Shown here one piece after another: positions 28,243-38,720 of a stretch of DNA of 59,495 nucleotides. Each line of letters opens with the position of its first letter. The first letter of the stretch is position 1. The notes below the pieces were generated by a model, which worked only from the letters and a program-made list of their open reading frames with translations, had not been told where the DNA came from and did not search any database. The stretch is from a virus (lineage: Duplodnaviria; Caudoviricetes): positions 1 to 59,495 of IMG/VR virus record IMGVR_UViG_3300020454_000016; one strand, written 5' to 3'. The translations under genes were made by a program, and so were the position numbers.

Positions 28243-29853
28243 ATGAGAGTTATTGGTAACGATACAAGTATTCCAAGACAGACAGTAAAAGTAGCAAGTG
28301 GTACTGTTACTAGTGGTTCTCCTGTTATTGTAAATGCAGATGGAACAGTTAGTAGTGTAACAACATCTGCTGTATCTCAATCTAATGGTAGTCAAGTAGA
28401 ATTAATAAATGATGGCAACAGTGGTTCAAATGGACGTAGAATTTGTTATAATCCACATTATAAAGTATCTTTAGCTGTTTATAGAAAAGAAAGTGATAAC
28501 TTTATATATGGTTGTAGAATTATAGTTATAAATGGCACAACAATCTCTAACGGAACTGAACATGTTCTATATTCTGGTCATCAAGTAAGAGAGGATACAA
28601 TTGATCTTATTTATGATGGATACTCTAAGTGTTGGATTTTAGGTTGGACAAAATCTACTTCTAGTCACGATTATAGATATGTAAGAGCAATAAAATATAA
28701 TGAAGCAACTGCTGATTTATTTATTAATACAGGCATAGGTAATTATAATAGTGATTCATCTCATATGTATAGAATAGCAAGTAATAATGCAGGTCAAATT
28801 GTTTCTGTATATGAAAAAACAGCTAATGGACATGGATTCGCACAAGCAATAGGAATAAATCCAGATGGATCATTTAGTGGTGCAGGTACTGCTGTAACTT
28901 TTCAAGGTGGTAATCCTACTGAAGGTGTTGCACTAGTATATGAACCAAATTGTAATAGGTTTGTAGTTTTTTATAATCAATTTAGTTCAGGTGCAAAGCG
29001 TTGTAAAGTATTTAGAGTGAGTGGTAGTACAGTAACAATGGCTGATCACGAAAGTAGTGAGTTTCATGGTAGTGCAGGTTCTACAGGTCTACATAATTGT
29101 CAAGCTGTTTATGACTCTATTCGTAAATGCATTGTTTTTACTTTTATAGCTGGTAATACGGCATATTCAGCAGTTGTTGAAGTAATACGAAAAACAAGTC
29201 AATCTGATGATACATGGGGATCTCCTGTTTTAGACTCATTTACTAGTAATGCAGCTAATACTTGGGCAAATACTTTAGTAGGTACTCATGCAACATGTTT
29301 TGATAAATCTACAGGAAAAGTTGTAGTGATATACCCATTTGGTGGATCAGGTTCAGGAGGAGGACTAAACTATCAAATGATGTATAAAGAAGGTGTTGTT
29401 ACTAATCTTGATGCTACATCAGATCAAGAATCTATACAGATGACATGGGATGATGATGGAAATACACATTCAGGAGTTGTGTATAATTATCAAAACAATG
29501 TTATTCCTGATCTTACTTATGATGAAGAAAATAAATGTATAGTTATGATATATGGTGGTAATTTTCAACAAAATGCAACTAATCATCCTGTTAATGTTAA
29601 AGCATATATTTTTGCTTCTACACAGACAAATCTAACGTCAGGTAATTATATAGGTATTGCTAAGAACTCTGCATCTAATGGGCAGAATGTTACAGTTAGC
29701 ACACAAGGTTCGATTGCTACTAATTTATCAGGACTTACAATAGGTAAAGAACACTACATACAAAATAATGGAACACTAAGTACAACTGTCGCTGATCCTA
29801 GTGTTATAGCAGGTACAGCTTTATCTACAACATCATTACTCGTAAAAGGATAA
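28243..29853 (+). CDS. Tail or receptor-binding protein, MRVIG paralogue 2
   Basis: Same N- and C-terminal modules as paralogue 1. Confidence 0.75.
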   Translation: MRVIGNDTSIPRQTVKVASGTVTSGSPVIVNADGTVSSVTTSAVSQSNGSQVELINDGNSGSNGRRICYNPHYKVSLAVYRKESDNFIYGCRIIVINGTTISNGTEHVLYSGHQVREDTIDLIYDGYSKCWILGWTKSTSSHDYRYVRAIKYNEATADLFINTGIGNYNSDSSHMYRIASNNAGQIVSVYEKTANGHGFAQAIGINPDGSFSGAGTAVTFQGGNPTEGVALVYEPNCNRFVVFYNQFSSGAKRCKVFRVSGSTVTMADHESSEFHGSAGSTGLHNCQAVYDSIRKCIVFTFIAGNTAYSAVVEVIRKTSQSDDTWGSPVLDSFTSNAANTWANTLVGTHATCFDKSTGKVVVIYPFGGSGSGGGLNYQMMYKEGVVTNLDATSDQESIQMTWDDDGNTHSGVVYNYQNNVIPDLTYDEENKCIVMIYGGNFQQNATNHPVNVKAYIFASTQTNLTSGNYIGIAKNSASNGQNVTVSTQGSIATNLSGLTIGKEHYIQNNGTLSTTVADPSVIAGTALSTTSLLVKG

Positions 29854-29856
29854 TCA

Positions 29857-32622
29857 ATGAGAGTTATAGGCAAAACAGAAGAAGTAGGAAAACATACAGC
29901 AACTGTTTCAGGTACATTGCCTGATGGTAAAGGTGTTATGTTAAATCGAGATGGTCAACTAGTAAAAGTTACAAATAGTTCAGTTAGACAATCTCCTCAA
30001 GGTGCAATAGACTTTAATTCTACTCAAGTAGACAAAAATATAAGATCTTGTGTAGCAAATGGTCACGTTGTTATTATGTATAGAGATAATGAAAGTAGTA
30101 GTAATTATTATGGAAAAGTTATTGTTGGAAGTATAAATGCAGAAAGTGGTTTAATTACGTTTGGTGCTGAAGCTATTTTTTATCAAGCTGTATCAACAGG
30201 GTATTATGGTATAGATTACGATAGTAATTCAGACAGAATACTTCTTAGTTATACACACTCTTCTGCTTCAGGACAACATGCGTATCTAAGAGTAGGCGAG
30301 ATTAACTATACAAATAAGACTGTTCAGTTTGGTACAGAATTACAACTATCCTATACTACGTCATTTTATACTGATGTTACATTCTGTTCTAATGTAAATA
30401 AATTTTTAGTTTTATATAGAACGAGTAATGACTTGGCAGTAGCTGCAACTATTGATCCTGATAATAATAGTGTAAGTATAGGTACAACTCTTACGTGGGA
30501 TACTAATGGACACAACTATATGAAAGGAACATTTGATTCAAACGCAAACAAGGTTCTTGTTGTTTTTAAGGATGAAGGTGATGGTGGTAAAGGAGCAGTA
30601 AGATCATTTCAAATAAATGTAGGTAGTCCTGACACAGTTTCTAATCCTGTAAATCAAGTACAATTTTATAGTTCTGGGATAGAAAATCCTGATATTCATT
30701 TTGATCCATCTACTAACTGTTGTCTTATTACATGGACTCAAAGTTCTACAAATTATGGATGGGCAACAGTTTGTAAATTAGCAGTAAATGGTACACCTTC
30801 TTTTCCAGAAAATGCTTCAAGCCAAATAAGAACGTGGATATTTAGAAGTTATAGTGGTGCCGGACCAAATTCAATAACTTTAAATACTTCAACAAACATT
30901 TTTATGGTTGCTCACGAAAAGCAATCTAATAACAATGGAATGCAAACTCCTATTTCTATTTTAGTAGCAGATTCAGGTGATGTGAGTACTATAGGTTTAG
31001 TACAATATAATTCTACTGATCAAGTATCGTTTGCCAACATAGCATCGTATCAAGATGTAGTTTATGAACCTGTATCGGACAGAGTAGTTTTTAATTACGC
31101 TGATAATTCTACTCCTAATAGAGGAAAAAGTATGGTCTATGCGATGGGTCAACAAAAAATACTAAATGAAACTCCTGTTTTTATAGGTGATATGGGTGTT
31201 GGTTTTAAACCAAAAGTTTGTTGGGCAGGGTCAAATAAAATTTTAGTAGCTTGGTATAATCAAAGTGATAATAAAATAAAATGTAGAATTGGCACAGTTA
31301 CTGACACAGGTGTTACATATGGCAATTCAGCAGATATTCATTCAGGTCAAAGTCCTACTACAGCAAGTCGATTTTTAGATATGGTCTACGATAGTGGCAA
31401 TGGTAAGATTGTTATTTTTTATAGTCATGGATCGAATAGCTATTTGATGGCAATAATAGGTACAATAAGTGGCACAACTACAACTTGGACAGGCAATGTG
31501 GTTGTTGTATCTGAAGACATTTCTAATATGGGTTGTGCTTACTATGATTCAACAAATAAAAAAGTAGGTTACTTTTATAAATCTGCAACTAATAATAAAC
31601 TTTATGCAAAACAAGGAACAATAGATCCTACAACTCTTGATGGTGGAAACACATCTTGGTTATTCAATAATTTTGGTTCAGCACATCAAGTAGATGATAA
31701 AACTAATAGTGAATATCAAAGTGTTTGTTATAATAAAACAGACGATACTATACTTTTTAATTGGGTTGAGTATGGAAGTTCAAGCGACAGATATGCTAAA
31801 TTAAGAATAGGTAGAAGCTATAGCTATGGAAATGCTAATCAAACTAACATGAATGGTATAAGATTAAAAAATGAACACCAAAATGGTAGAATAAATTGGG
31901 ATGTTAATGATATGAGAGATACTATGTGTATGCATGTCCCTTCTAAGAATGTTGTTATTATGGCTTATAGAGATCAAGCAACTAGTAATCACTTTAACTA
32001 TACAACAGGTAAAATGGAAGGTTTAGGATGGAATGATGAATCAGTTGGTTCAACAGGAACTGTATATTCAACAGCAGTTGAACCCTATAAAATGGACATG
32101 GTATGGGATGAATCCTTTGATAAAGGTATATTTATATATGGATCATCTTCTGAAACTTTTATTAAAACTTTTACCATGAGTAATGCAGGTGCATTAACAA
32201 TGAGTGAGGATCTTGCAATACCTTTTGGTGAGGTATCTTCTGCAAGTGGTCTTTATAAATGGAGTTTAGCTAGTGCAGATTGTGCGTATATACCTACAAT
32301 TGAAAGGACAGTTATTGTGTCTAGATTAGATGATAATGGTAACAATGCTGCTAATGATAGGTTACATAGCTATGTGTTTAGGGCAGATGGATCTAACTTA
32401 CAAAATTTAAACAGTACATTTATAGGCATTTCATCTAGCAATAAAGTAGATATTAAAGGAAGTATTAATACAAGTGCTAAATCACAATATGGAAATGCAT
32501 TTACAGTAGGCAGTAGGTATTACATTACAACTGAAGGTGAGCTTGTGGATAATCAAGGAGCTACTACTAGTGTATTTGCAGGTACAGCCTTATCTTCTAC
32601 AGAACTATTGGTTAAAAGCTAA
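29857..32622 (+). CDS. Tail or receptor-binding protein, MRVIG paralogue 3 (double-length centre)
   Basis: Same terminal modules; central YDS..KI-type repeats. Confidence 0.75.
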   Translation: MRVIGKTEEVGKHTATVSGTLPDGKGVMLNRDGQLVKVTNSSVRQSPQGAIDFNSTQVDKNIRSCVANGHVVIMYRDNESSSNYYGKVIVGSINAESGLITFGAEAIFYQAVSTGYYGIDYDSNSDRILLSYTHSSASGQHAYLRVGEINYTNKTVQFGTELQLSYTTSFYTDVTFCSNVNKFLVLYRTSNDLAVAATIDPDNNSVSIGTTLTWDTNGHNYMKGTFDSNANKVLVVFKDEGDGGKGAVRSFQINVGSPDTVSNPVNQVQFYSSGIENPDIHFDPSTNCCLITWTQSSTNYGWATVCKLAVNGTPSFPENASSQIRTWIFRSYSGAGPNSITLNTSTNIFMVAHEKQSNNNGMQTPISILVADSGDVSTIGLVQYNSTDQVSFANIASYQDVVYEPVSDRVVFNYADNSTPNRGKSMVYAMGQQKILNETPVFIGDMGVGFKPKVCWAGSNKILVAWYNQSDNKIKCRIGTVTDTGVTYGNSADIHSGQSPTTASRFLDMVYDSGNGKIVIFYSHGSNSYLMAIIGTISGTTTTWTGNVVVVSEDISNMGCAYYDSTNKKVGYFYKSATNNKLYAKQGTIDPTTLDGGNTSWLFNNFGSAHQVDDKTNSEYQSVCYNKTDDTILFNWVEYGSSSDRYAKLRIGRSYSYGNANQTNMNGIRLKNEHQNGRINWDVNDMRDTMCMHVPSKNVVIMAYRDQATSNHFNYTTGKMEGLGWNDESVGSTGTVYSTAVEPYKMDMVWDESFDKGIFIYGSSSETFIKTFTMSNAGALTMSEDLAIPFGEVSSASGLYKWSLASADCAYIPTIERTVIVSRLDDNGNNAANDRLHSYVFRADGSNLQNLNSTFIGISSSNKVDIKGSINTSAKSQYGNAFTVGSRYYITTEGELVDNQGATTSVFAGTALSSTELLVKS

Positions 32623-33098
32623 TGTTCGATCCTATTACAATCGGTGCTTGCTTAACCACAGCAAGTACAGCGTTTGCAGGATTAAAGAAAGCCTTTCAAG
32701 CAGGTCGTGATATAGAATCTATGACAGGCGATTTATCAAGATGGATGGGTGCTGTGTCAGATATAGAACAAAAAGAAAAGTCAGCTAAGAATCCACCTAT
32801 CTTTCGTAAGGTATTTGGATCAGTAGAACAAGAAGCATTAGAAGCCTTTGCAGCTAAGAAGAAACTAGAAGAGCAAAGATATGAGCTTAAAACTTTCATT
32901 CAATTCTCGCATGGACACAAAGCTTGGGATGAATTGATTGCAATGGAAGGTAAGATCAGAAAAGCTAGACAAGAGCAACTGTATCGTCAACAAGAAATAA
33001 AAGAACGCATTATAGAAGGTGTTTTTATATTTTTATTAGTATGCACAGTTATAGGTTTTGGTTGGCTTGTTTGGCATCTTAAATCAATACAGGAGTAA
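32622..33098 (+). CDS. Hypothetical protein with C-terminal TM helix
   Basis: DPIT...GRDIESM..DLSRW; hydrophobic C-terminus. Confidence 0.75.
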   Translation: MFDPITIGACLTTASTAFAGLKKAFQAGRDIESMTGDLSRWMGAVSDIEQKEKSAKNPPIFRKVFGSVEQEALEAFAAKKKLEEQRYELKTFIQFSHGHKAWDELIAMEGKIRKARQEQLYRQQEIKERIIEGVFIFLLVCTVIGFGWLVWHLKSIQE

Positions 33099-33101
33099 CT
33101 T

Positions 33102-33332
33102 ATGGAAATTAGTATGTGGATGTTTTGGAACATTATTTTAACTTTAGTAATAGCTCCTGCTGTGTGGGCATTTAGAGGACTCATACAGGAAGTCAAACGA
33201 ATTGATATACTATTAAATAAGACAAGAGAAGAATACGTAACACGTAAAGAAATGCGTGATGATCTTGGTCAAGTAATGGATGCATTACATAGACTAGAAG
33301 ATAAATTAGATAAAGTATTAAGTAAGGATTAA
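33102..33332 (+). CDS. Small membrane-anchored coiled-coil protein
   Basis: N-terminal TM, RIDILLNKTREE. Confidence 0.75.
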   Translation: MEISMWMFWNIILTLVIAPAVWAFRGLIQEVKRIDILLNKTREEYVTRKEMRDDLGQVMDALHRLEDKLDKVLSKD

Positions 33333-33337
33333 CAAAC

Positions 33338-35515
33338 ATGTCACAATTTGCAGGATTTACAAATGATCAAATGTTCAAGTTAGCACAAATGAAAGGCTAC
33401 ACGGGCAATAACAACACAGATGCCGTAAATAATTTTATCATGGGAAATGATAAGGCTAAAAGTTATGTCATGGATATGTACAATCAAGCTACAACATTAG
33501 TCGGTAGGCAGAAACGAGGTTTTGCACCAGGTGGTATGCCATTATCTGAAATGAGTAAGTATATTAGTGGAAGTACAGGTGACTATAAAGACTTATCCAC
33601 ATTTGACAGTTACTATGTTTCTCCTGATGCTGGTTTTACAATAGAAGATTGGAAAGAACAAGCTAGGAAAGAAGGATTTGGTGCTAACACACAAAAGTCA
33701 GCAGATCAGAATAAAGCAGCAGGCTCAACAGTTGCCGGTGCTACTACTTTTACTCCTGATCCTCCTGAACTATCCTCAGTAAATACAACAACATCAGATG
33801 ATGTAGATACAGGTACAGGTACTACAGATCCTAATGCAGATCCTAATGCAGATCCTGATACTACAGATCCTACTGTTAAAACTTTGCCAAAAACAAACTA
33901 TTCTGGACTAGGAACAAAAACTCCTGTAAATGTAATAGATGCAAAAACAACAGGAACTGAAATTGCTTCTGATGCAGGTCAAATATCAGGAGATCCTAGC
34001 AAGCCTAACATAGGTGATATTGATACTACTGACAAAGTTAAAACAGATCAAGATATTTCAGCACAACAAGTAACAGATGTAACCAAAACTAAGACAGATG
34101 TAAATAAAATAGCAGATGATCTTTCAGAAGCAAAAGGTACAATAGACGAAGATAATAAAGTTACAGCCCAAACAATGACAAAAGATGAGCTAGGTCAGTT
34201 AGATTTAGATGAAGCTCAAATTGAAAATGCACAAACTGTAAAATCACCAACCAAAAGAACATTACAAGACAATGAAACAGTTCAGTCTGCTTATGATAAA
34301 GATAAAGCAGATGAAGTTATAAAAGAAACAGAAGAAGCTTTTGTAACAGCAGATCCTAGTACAAAAGCACTAGTACAAGGTCAACTTGATAACTTGATGG
34401 ATGATTTCAAAGATGGTGCAACTCCAACATGGGCAGCAGGAGCTATGCGTACTGCGTTAGCCGCTATGAATGCAAGAGGATTGAATGCATCATCACTAGC
34501 AGGTCAAGCCATTGTACAAGCGGCAATGGAGTCTGCGATACCTATTGCACAAGCAGATGCTGGAACTGTTGCTAAATTTGAAATGCAGAATTTAAATAAT
34601 AGACAACAAGCTACTGTATTAGCAGCTGAACAAAGAGCAACCTTTTTAGGCATAGAGTTTGATCAAGAGTTTCAAGCAAGAGTAAAGAATGCATCAACTA
34701 TATCTGAAATAGCTAGACAAAACTATGATGCTGATGTGCAAATAGCATTAGAGAATGCCCGTATGGCTAATACTGTTGATCTTGCTAATTTAGATGCGGA
34801 AAATGCAAAAGTTCTTTCTGATGCAGCAGCTCTAACTAAAATGGATATAACTAATTTAACTAACAAACAACAATCAGAAGTTGCTAATGCTAATGCTTTC
34901 TTACAAATGGATCTTAAAAACTTAGACAACGAACAACAGACTACAATTTTTAAAGCAGAAGCAAAAATGCAAGCATTGTTTAAAGATCAAACTGCTGATA
35001 ATGCAGCTAAACAATTTAATGCTGAACAGAAAAATCAAGTAGATATGTTTATAGAAGGCTTAGTTGGACAGATGCAAAGATTTAATTCAGAACAATCAAA
35101 TGCAATGAAGACAGTTCAGTTTCAAGAAGATGCCGCTAATGAAAAGTTTTTTGCATCTTTGAAGGAACAACGGGCACAGTTCAATGCTACAAATTCACTA
35201 GTAGTATCACAAGCAAACGCTAAGTGGTATCAAGATGTAACAACAGCAAATAATGCTGCTGTCAATCAAGCCAATATGAATGATGCAAATAATGCAACAG
35301 CATTAACAAAAATGCAATTGGAACAAGAATTTCAAGCAGATAGAGATTTAATGAATTGGGCATTCACGGCTGACGATAACGACAAACAGAGAGCAGCATC
35401 TGTTATGATTGCAAAGATGGATGCAGACGCACAGCAGGCAGAAGCTAGAGGTGGACTTTTTCAATCGTTGATTACAGGATTTGTATCAGCAATGAATCCC
35501 CTCGACCCAACTTAA
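33338..35515 (+). CDS. Internal virion protein (A/Q/N-rich, helical)
   Basis: 725 aa, QFNA-type repeats, start of the ejectosome-like block. Confidence 0.75.
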   Translation: MSQFAGFTNDQMFKLAQMKGYTGNNNTDAVNNFIMGNDKAKSYVMDMYNQATTLVGRQKRGFAPGGMPLSEMSKYISGSTGDYKDLSTFDSYYVSPDAGFTIEDWKEQARKEGFGANTQKSADQNKAAGSTVAGATTFTPDPPELSSVNTTTSDDVDTGTGTTDPNADPNADPDTTDPTVKTLPKTNYSGLGTKTPVNVIDAKTTGTEIASDAGQISGDPSKPNIGDIDTTDKVKTDQDISAQQVTDVTKTKTDVNKIADDLSEAKGTIDEDNKVTAQTMTKDELGQLDLDEAQIENAQTVKSPTKRTLQDNETVQSAYDKDKADEVIKETEEAFVTADPSTKALVQGQLDNLMDDFKDGATPTWAAGAMRTALAAMNARGLNASSLAGQAIVQAAMESAIPIAQADAGTVAKFEMQNLNNRQQATVLAAEQRATFLGIEFDQEFQARVKNASTISEIARQNYDADVQIALENARMANTVDLANLDAENAKVLSDAAALTKMDITNLTNKQQSEVANANAFLQMDLKNLDNEQQTTIFKAEAKMQALFKDQTADNAAKQFNAEQKNQVDMFIEGLVGQMQRFNSEQSNAMKTVQFQEDAANEKFFASLKEQRAQFNATNSLVVSQANAKWYQDVTTANNAAVNQANMNDANNATALTKMQLEQEFQADRDLMNWAFTADDNDKQRAASVMIAKMDADAQQAEARGGLFQSLITGFVSAMNPLDPT
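33820..33873 (+). repeat. Short tandem repeat (12-bp unit CAGATCCTAATG) encoding DPNADPNADPDTTDP
   Basis: Read directly. Confidence 0.8.
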
Positions 35516-35535
35516 TCTATAGGAGCTTAAAGTAA

Positions 35536-36561
35536 ATGAAAAGTATTAAAAAGTTAAATGATAAAATTCAATATGCAGAGTTATATCGAAAATTTAAAGC
35601 CTATTCAAATAAAAGACGAGCATTTAGTCAAGGTGGATTGGCAATAGGAGGACTTGAAATGGAAGATAATCCAGACGATTATACTTTTGCTCAAGAGTTT
35701 TATTCAAATCAACCACAAATAGAACAGATGACACAGAAAGATAATTTTCTTAATAAAACATTAGAGGAAACTAGAGCAAAGCTAAAAGCTAGAACTTATG
35801 CAGACAATAGGAATGCTACAAATATGGATTCTTTATCTGAAATATTTAATGTGTTTAATGAGAATGCAGAGAATGTATCAATGAGTGATGCACCTAATGT
35901 ATCACTTAGTGATGTAGAAGGAGCTACTCAGTTTGTAAACACGAGTGGTGAAACAACTAATTATGAAGTTGATGGTACTAACACCAATATACCTCAAGCT
36001 ATGATTGCTATGAGAAAAGAAGGAATGGGAAAGTACGATACTCTATTTAATAACCAAAACAACATTAAGAAAAGCAAGTATTATGGAAAAGACGTTACTA
36101 AGATGACACTAGGAGAAGTAGCAGATTTTGCTATAAAAGGTGGCGAGTACAATAAACATAATAATAAAACATATGGTGCTAATACTACAGCTACAGGATA
36201 CTATCAAATGTTAGGTGGTACAATTGAAGATATACTTAATAGAGGTGGTAAAAAATTAGGTATCACAAAAAACAGTTTATACAATAAAGAAACTCAAGAC
36301 AAGATGTATATTTGGTACATGAGTGACAGTATAAGTAGAAAAACTACTCTTGATGGTATGAAGCAAAGTGTAATGGCTAGATGGGAAGCTTTTAGAAATA
36401 ATGATTTAACTGAAAAAAGAAAAGATTCAAAAGGAGAGACTTACAATTACTATTTTCCTAAAGATGATGGCATATTGACAGGAGTTATTTTTGAGCATCT
36501 TAGAGCTTTTCATCCAAGTCATAAAATATTGAAAAGTCTTGGAAGTAAGAGGAGTAACTAA
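35536..36561 (+). CDS. Internal virion protein with lysozyme/lytic transglycosylase-like domain
   Basis: MTLGEV...TATGYYQM..T...YNKETQD resembles lambda-lysozyme-like motifs. Confidence 0.7.
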   Translation: MKSIKKLNDKIQYAELYRKFKAYSNKRRAFSQGGLAIGGLEMEDNPDDYTFAQEFYSNQPQIEQMTQKDNFLNKTLEETRAKLKARTYADNRNATNMDSLSEIFNVFNENAENVSMSDAPNVSLSDVEGATQFVNTSGETTNYEVDGTNTNIPQAMIAMRKEGMGKYDTLFNNQNNIKKSKYYGKDVTKMTLGEVADFAIKGGEYNKHNNKTYGANTTATGYYQMLGGTIEDILNRGGKKLGITKNSLYNKETQDKMYIWYMSDSISRKTTLDGMKQSVMARWEAFRNNDLTEKRKDSKGETYNYYFPKDDGILTGVIFEHLRAFHPSHKILKSLGSKRSN

Positions 36562-37178
36562 TGGCAAATTTTTATGATAGACCCTCACCGGGTGAATCAC
36601 TTTTATCTGAACCAAAAAGCAGACCATATGAAAGACCTGCTAAACATTCAAGGTTAGAAGAGGTTATACAATTTTATATGGAAAAAATTACGAATGAGGA
36701 GTTTATAGATAATATATGTAGGATGTTAGAATTAGAAACACCTGTAGAGTTAATTGTTGAATCTATAACACTTTTCTTTGTTATGAATGGTGATCACAGT
36801 ATGGACAACAGAATACTTATTAGTCCTGTATTACACGAGTACATCAGAATGTTAGGTAAACAAGCAGGTATAAATGTTGTTGATGGTCTTAACGATGCTG
36901 AAGATACAGAGCTAACAACTAATAAGTTCAAAGCTGAGAAGTTAAGAGAAGAGATCGACAGATTAAGAGATACAGAAGAAGATGATGGTGGTGTTGATTT
37001 GATGGAACAGACAGCAGAATTGTTGGAAGGTCAAGAAGAAGAAACAGATGATATCATGGAAGCAGATATGCCTATGGAAGAGCCACCGATGACAGATGAA
37101 TTACCAGAACAGATGCCTAGTACTGAAATGATGCCAAATATGGATCAAGGGCAAGGAATAATGGCAAGGAGAGAATAA
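36561..37178 (+). CDS. Hypothetical virion protein with acidic C-terminus
   Basis: PGESL..EPK.RPYERP pattern; ends in GIMARR. Confidence 0.75.
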   Translation: MANFYDRPSPGESLLSEPKSRPYERPAKHSRLEEVIQFYMEKITNEEFIDNICRMLELETPVELIVESITLFFVMNGDHSMDNRILISPVLHEYIRMLGKQAGINVVDGLNDAEDTELTTNKFKAEKLREEIDRLRDTEEDDGGVDLMEQTAELLEGQEEETDDIMEADMPMEEPPMTDELPEQMPSTEMMPNMDQGQGIMARRE

Positions 37179-38719
37179 TGAGTTTAGCAGATCCTAAGAT
37201 TAAAAAAGACAGTTTTTTTGATAACATTAAAAATGTTGGAAAGCGTATGACGTTTGCAGATAAAGCATTTATGTTTTTAACAGCAGCTAATTATGCAATG
37301 AATCCTAGAGGTGCAAAAGGTATACGTGACGTTATACAACACAACCAAGATGAATCTAGAAAATTAGCCACAGCAAATGCTAGAGCCGCTTTAAGTAGGG
37401 TCAATAGTAGTGTTCTTCCAGCAATAAGACAAAATGAAACTTGGATGAAGGACACAGCTAACTACGTAACTAATGAGCTTCAAGGTGTTGATCCTGTATT
37501 TATTAGTGCATTAATCAAAGCTAATAAATTAGATGAGTTCAAAGCTATGACTCAAAAAATAAATGATGCTCGTGCATTAAAAGGTCAGCCAAAATTAACT
37601 AAACAAGATTATGAATTAATGATGCCATCTTTTAGAAAACAACTTAGTGCTTATACAAATATAGATGGATTTGAAAATACTCCTGAATCAGTTAGCAAAG
37701 CACTTAGAAAATACTATGCAGGCTATGATAAATTATTAAAGAACGCTAAGACACCAAATCAATTAAATGCAGGTGTTTTTGCATCATCTTATGGTAGTCC
37801 TCTTGCAGGTATGCAGTTAGCAAATGATTATTTAAGAGGTGCAGGTCAAACACAGATAGGTGATGAAACTGTTACCTATGATCGACTATCAGAATTGCCT
37901 ATAGGGTCTATCGGATTTGATCAAGATCAATTAGAGCCTGTTGAAGGTGGACTAGACTACAGTAAAGGTATGCCTAGCATGTTAGGAGAAAAAATAACAG
38001 ATGTGCTAAATGACAGATTAAATGATTTTGTTGGTATTGTTGAAACAAATGCTAAAGCTACATTAAGTAATACTATAAATGGAAGAGTTGTAAGTTCTTT
38101 TGCAAATATATACGATCCAGAAGCAGATGATTTTGGTAGAATGTGGTCAGGCGATCCTGATGAATTAAGAGAATCCAAAAAGGGTCTGGTTCAAAAACTT
38201 AGAAGGGCAAAAGAACAACTTGCTAGTGCTACTACTGAAGCAAGAAAAAATCAATTAAATGCTGAAATAGTTATCTTAGAACAGCAAGTAGAAAAACACA
38301 GACAAATGGTAAACATGTCAGTTGGTGGCAGAGGAATATATCAACTTCTACATAGAGAAGCCTATGTAAAAACATATTTATCAGGGCAAGCTGGAGATCC
38401 TCAAGATTTTATATCTGCTTTAGGAGAGAAGATGAAGGAGATGAAAATTTTTGCAGATCAAAATCCTAGAGTTTCAGGACAAAAGAGAACTTTGACAGGC
38501 TATATGGCTATGTTTGGAATAGATCAAAATTATGTATTTGCAGATAGGCACTCATTAAAAATATTTATTGATTTAATGGGAGGAACTGATGGTGGAACAC
38601 TAAGTAGTGGAACTGTTTTACAGTATAGAACTTATGATGGTACAACAGAAGAAATCAGAGTAGAAGATGTACTCAGAAGACCAGAATTTATGGGGCAAGC
38701 AAAATGGGATTTAGATTAA
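37178..38719 (+). CDS. Internal virion protein (putative)
   Basis: Long helical ORF in the ejectosome position. Confidence 0.65.
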   Translation: MSLADPKIKKDSFFDNIKNVGKRMTFADKAFMFLTAANYAMNPRGAKGIRDVIQHNQDESRKLATANARAALSRVNSSVLPAIRQNETWMKDTANYVTNELQGVDPVFISALIKANKLDEFKAMTQKINDARALKGQPKLTKQDYELMMPSFRKQLSAYTNIDGFENTPESVSKALRKYYAGYDKLLKNAKTPNQLNAGVFASSYGSPLAGMQLANDYLRGAGQTQIGDETVTYDRLSELPIGSIGFDQDQLEPVEGGLDYSKGMPSMLGEKITDVLNDRLNDFVGIVETNAKATLSNTINGRVVSSFANIYDPEADDFGRMWSGDPDELRESKKGLVQKLRRAKEQLASATTEARKNQLNAEIVILEQQVEKHRQMVNMSVGGRGIYQLLHREAYVKTYLSGQAGDPQDFISALGEKMKEMKIFADQNPRVSGQKRTLTGYMAMFGIDQNYVFADRHSLKIFIDLMGGTDGGTLSSGTVLQYRTYDGTTEEIRVEDVLRRPEFMGQAKWDLD

Positions 38720-38720
38720 T

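Noticed and set aside
26381-32622. Diversity-generating retroelement acting on the tail genes
   Set aside because: No reverse transcriptase and no template/variable repeat pair differing at adenines was seen.
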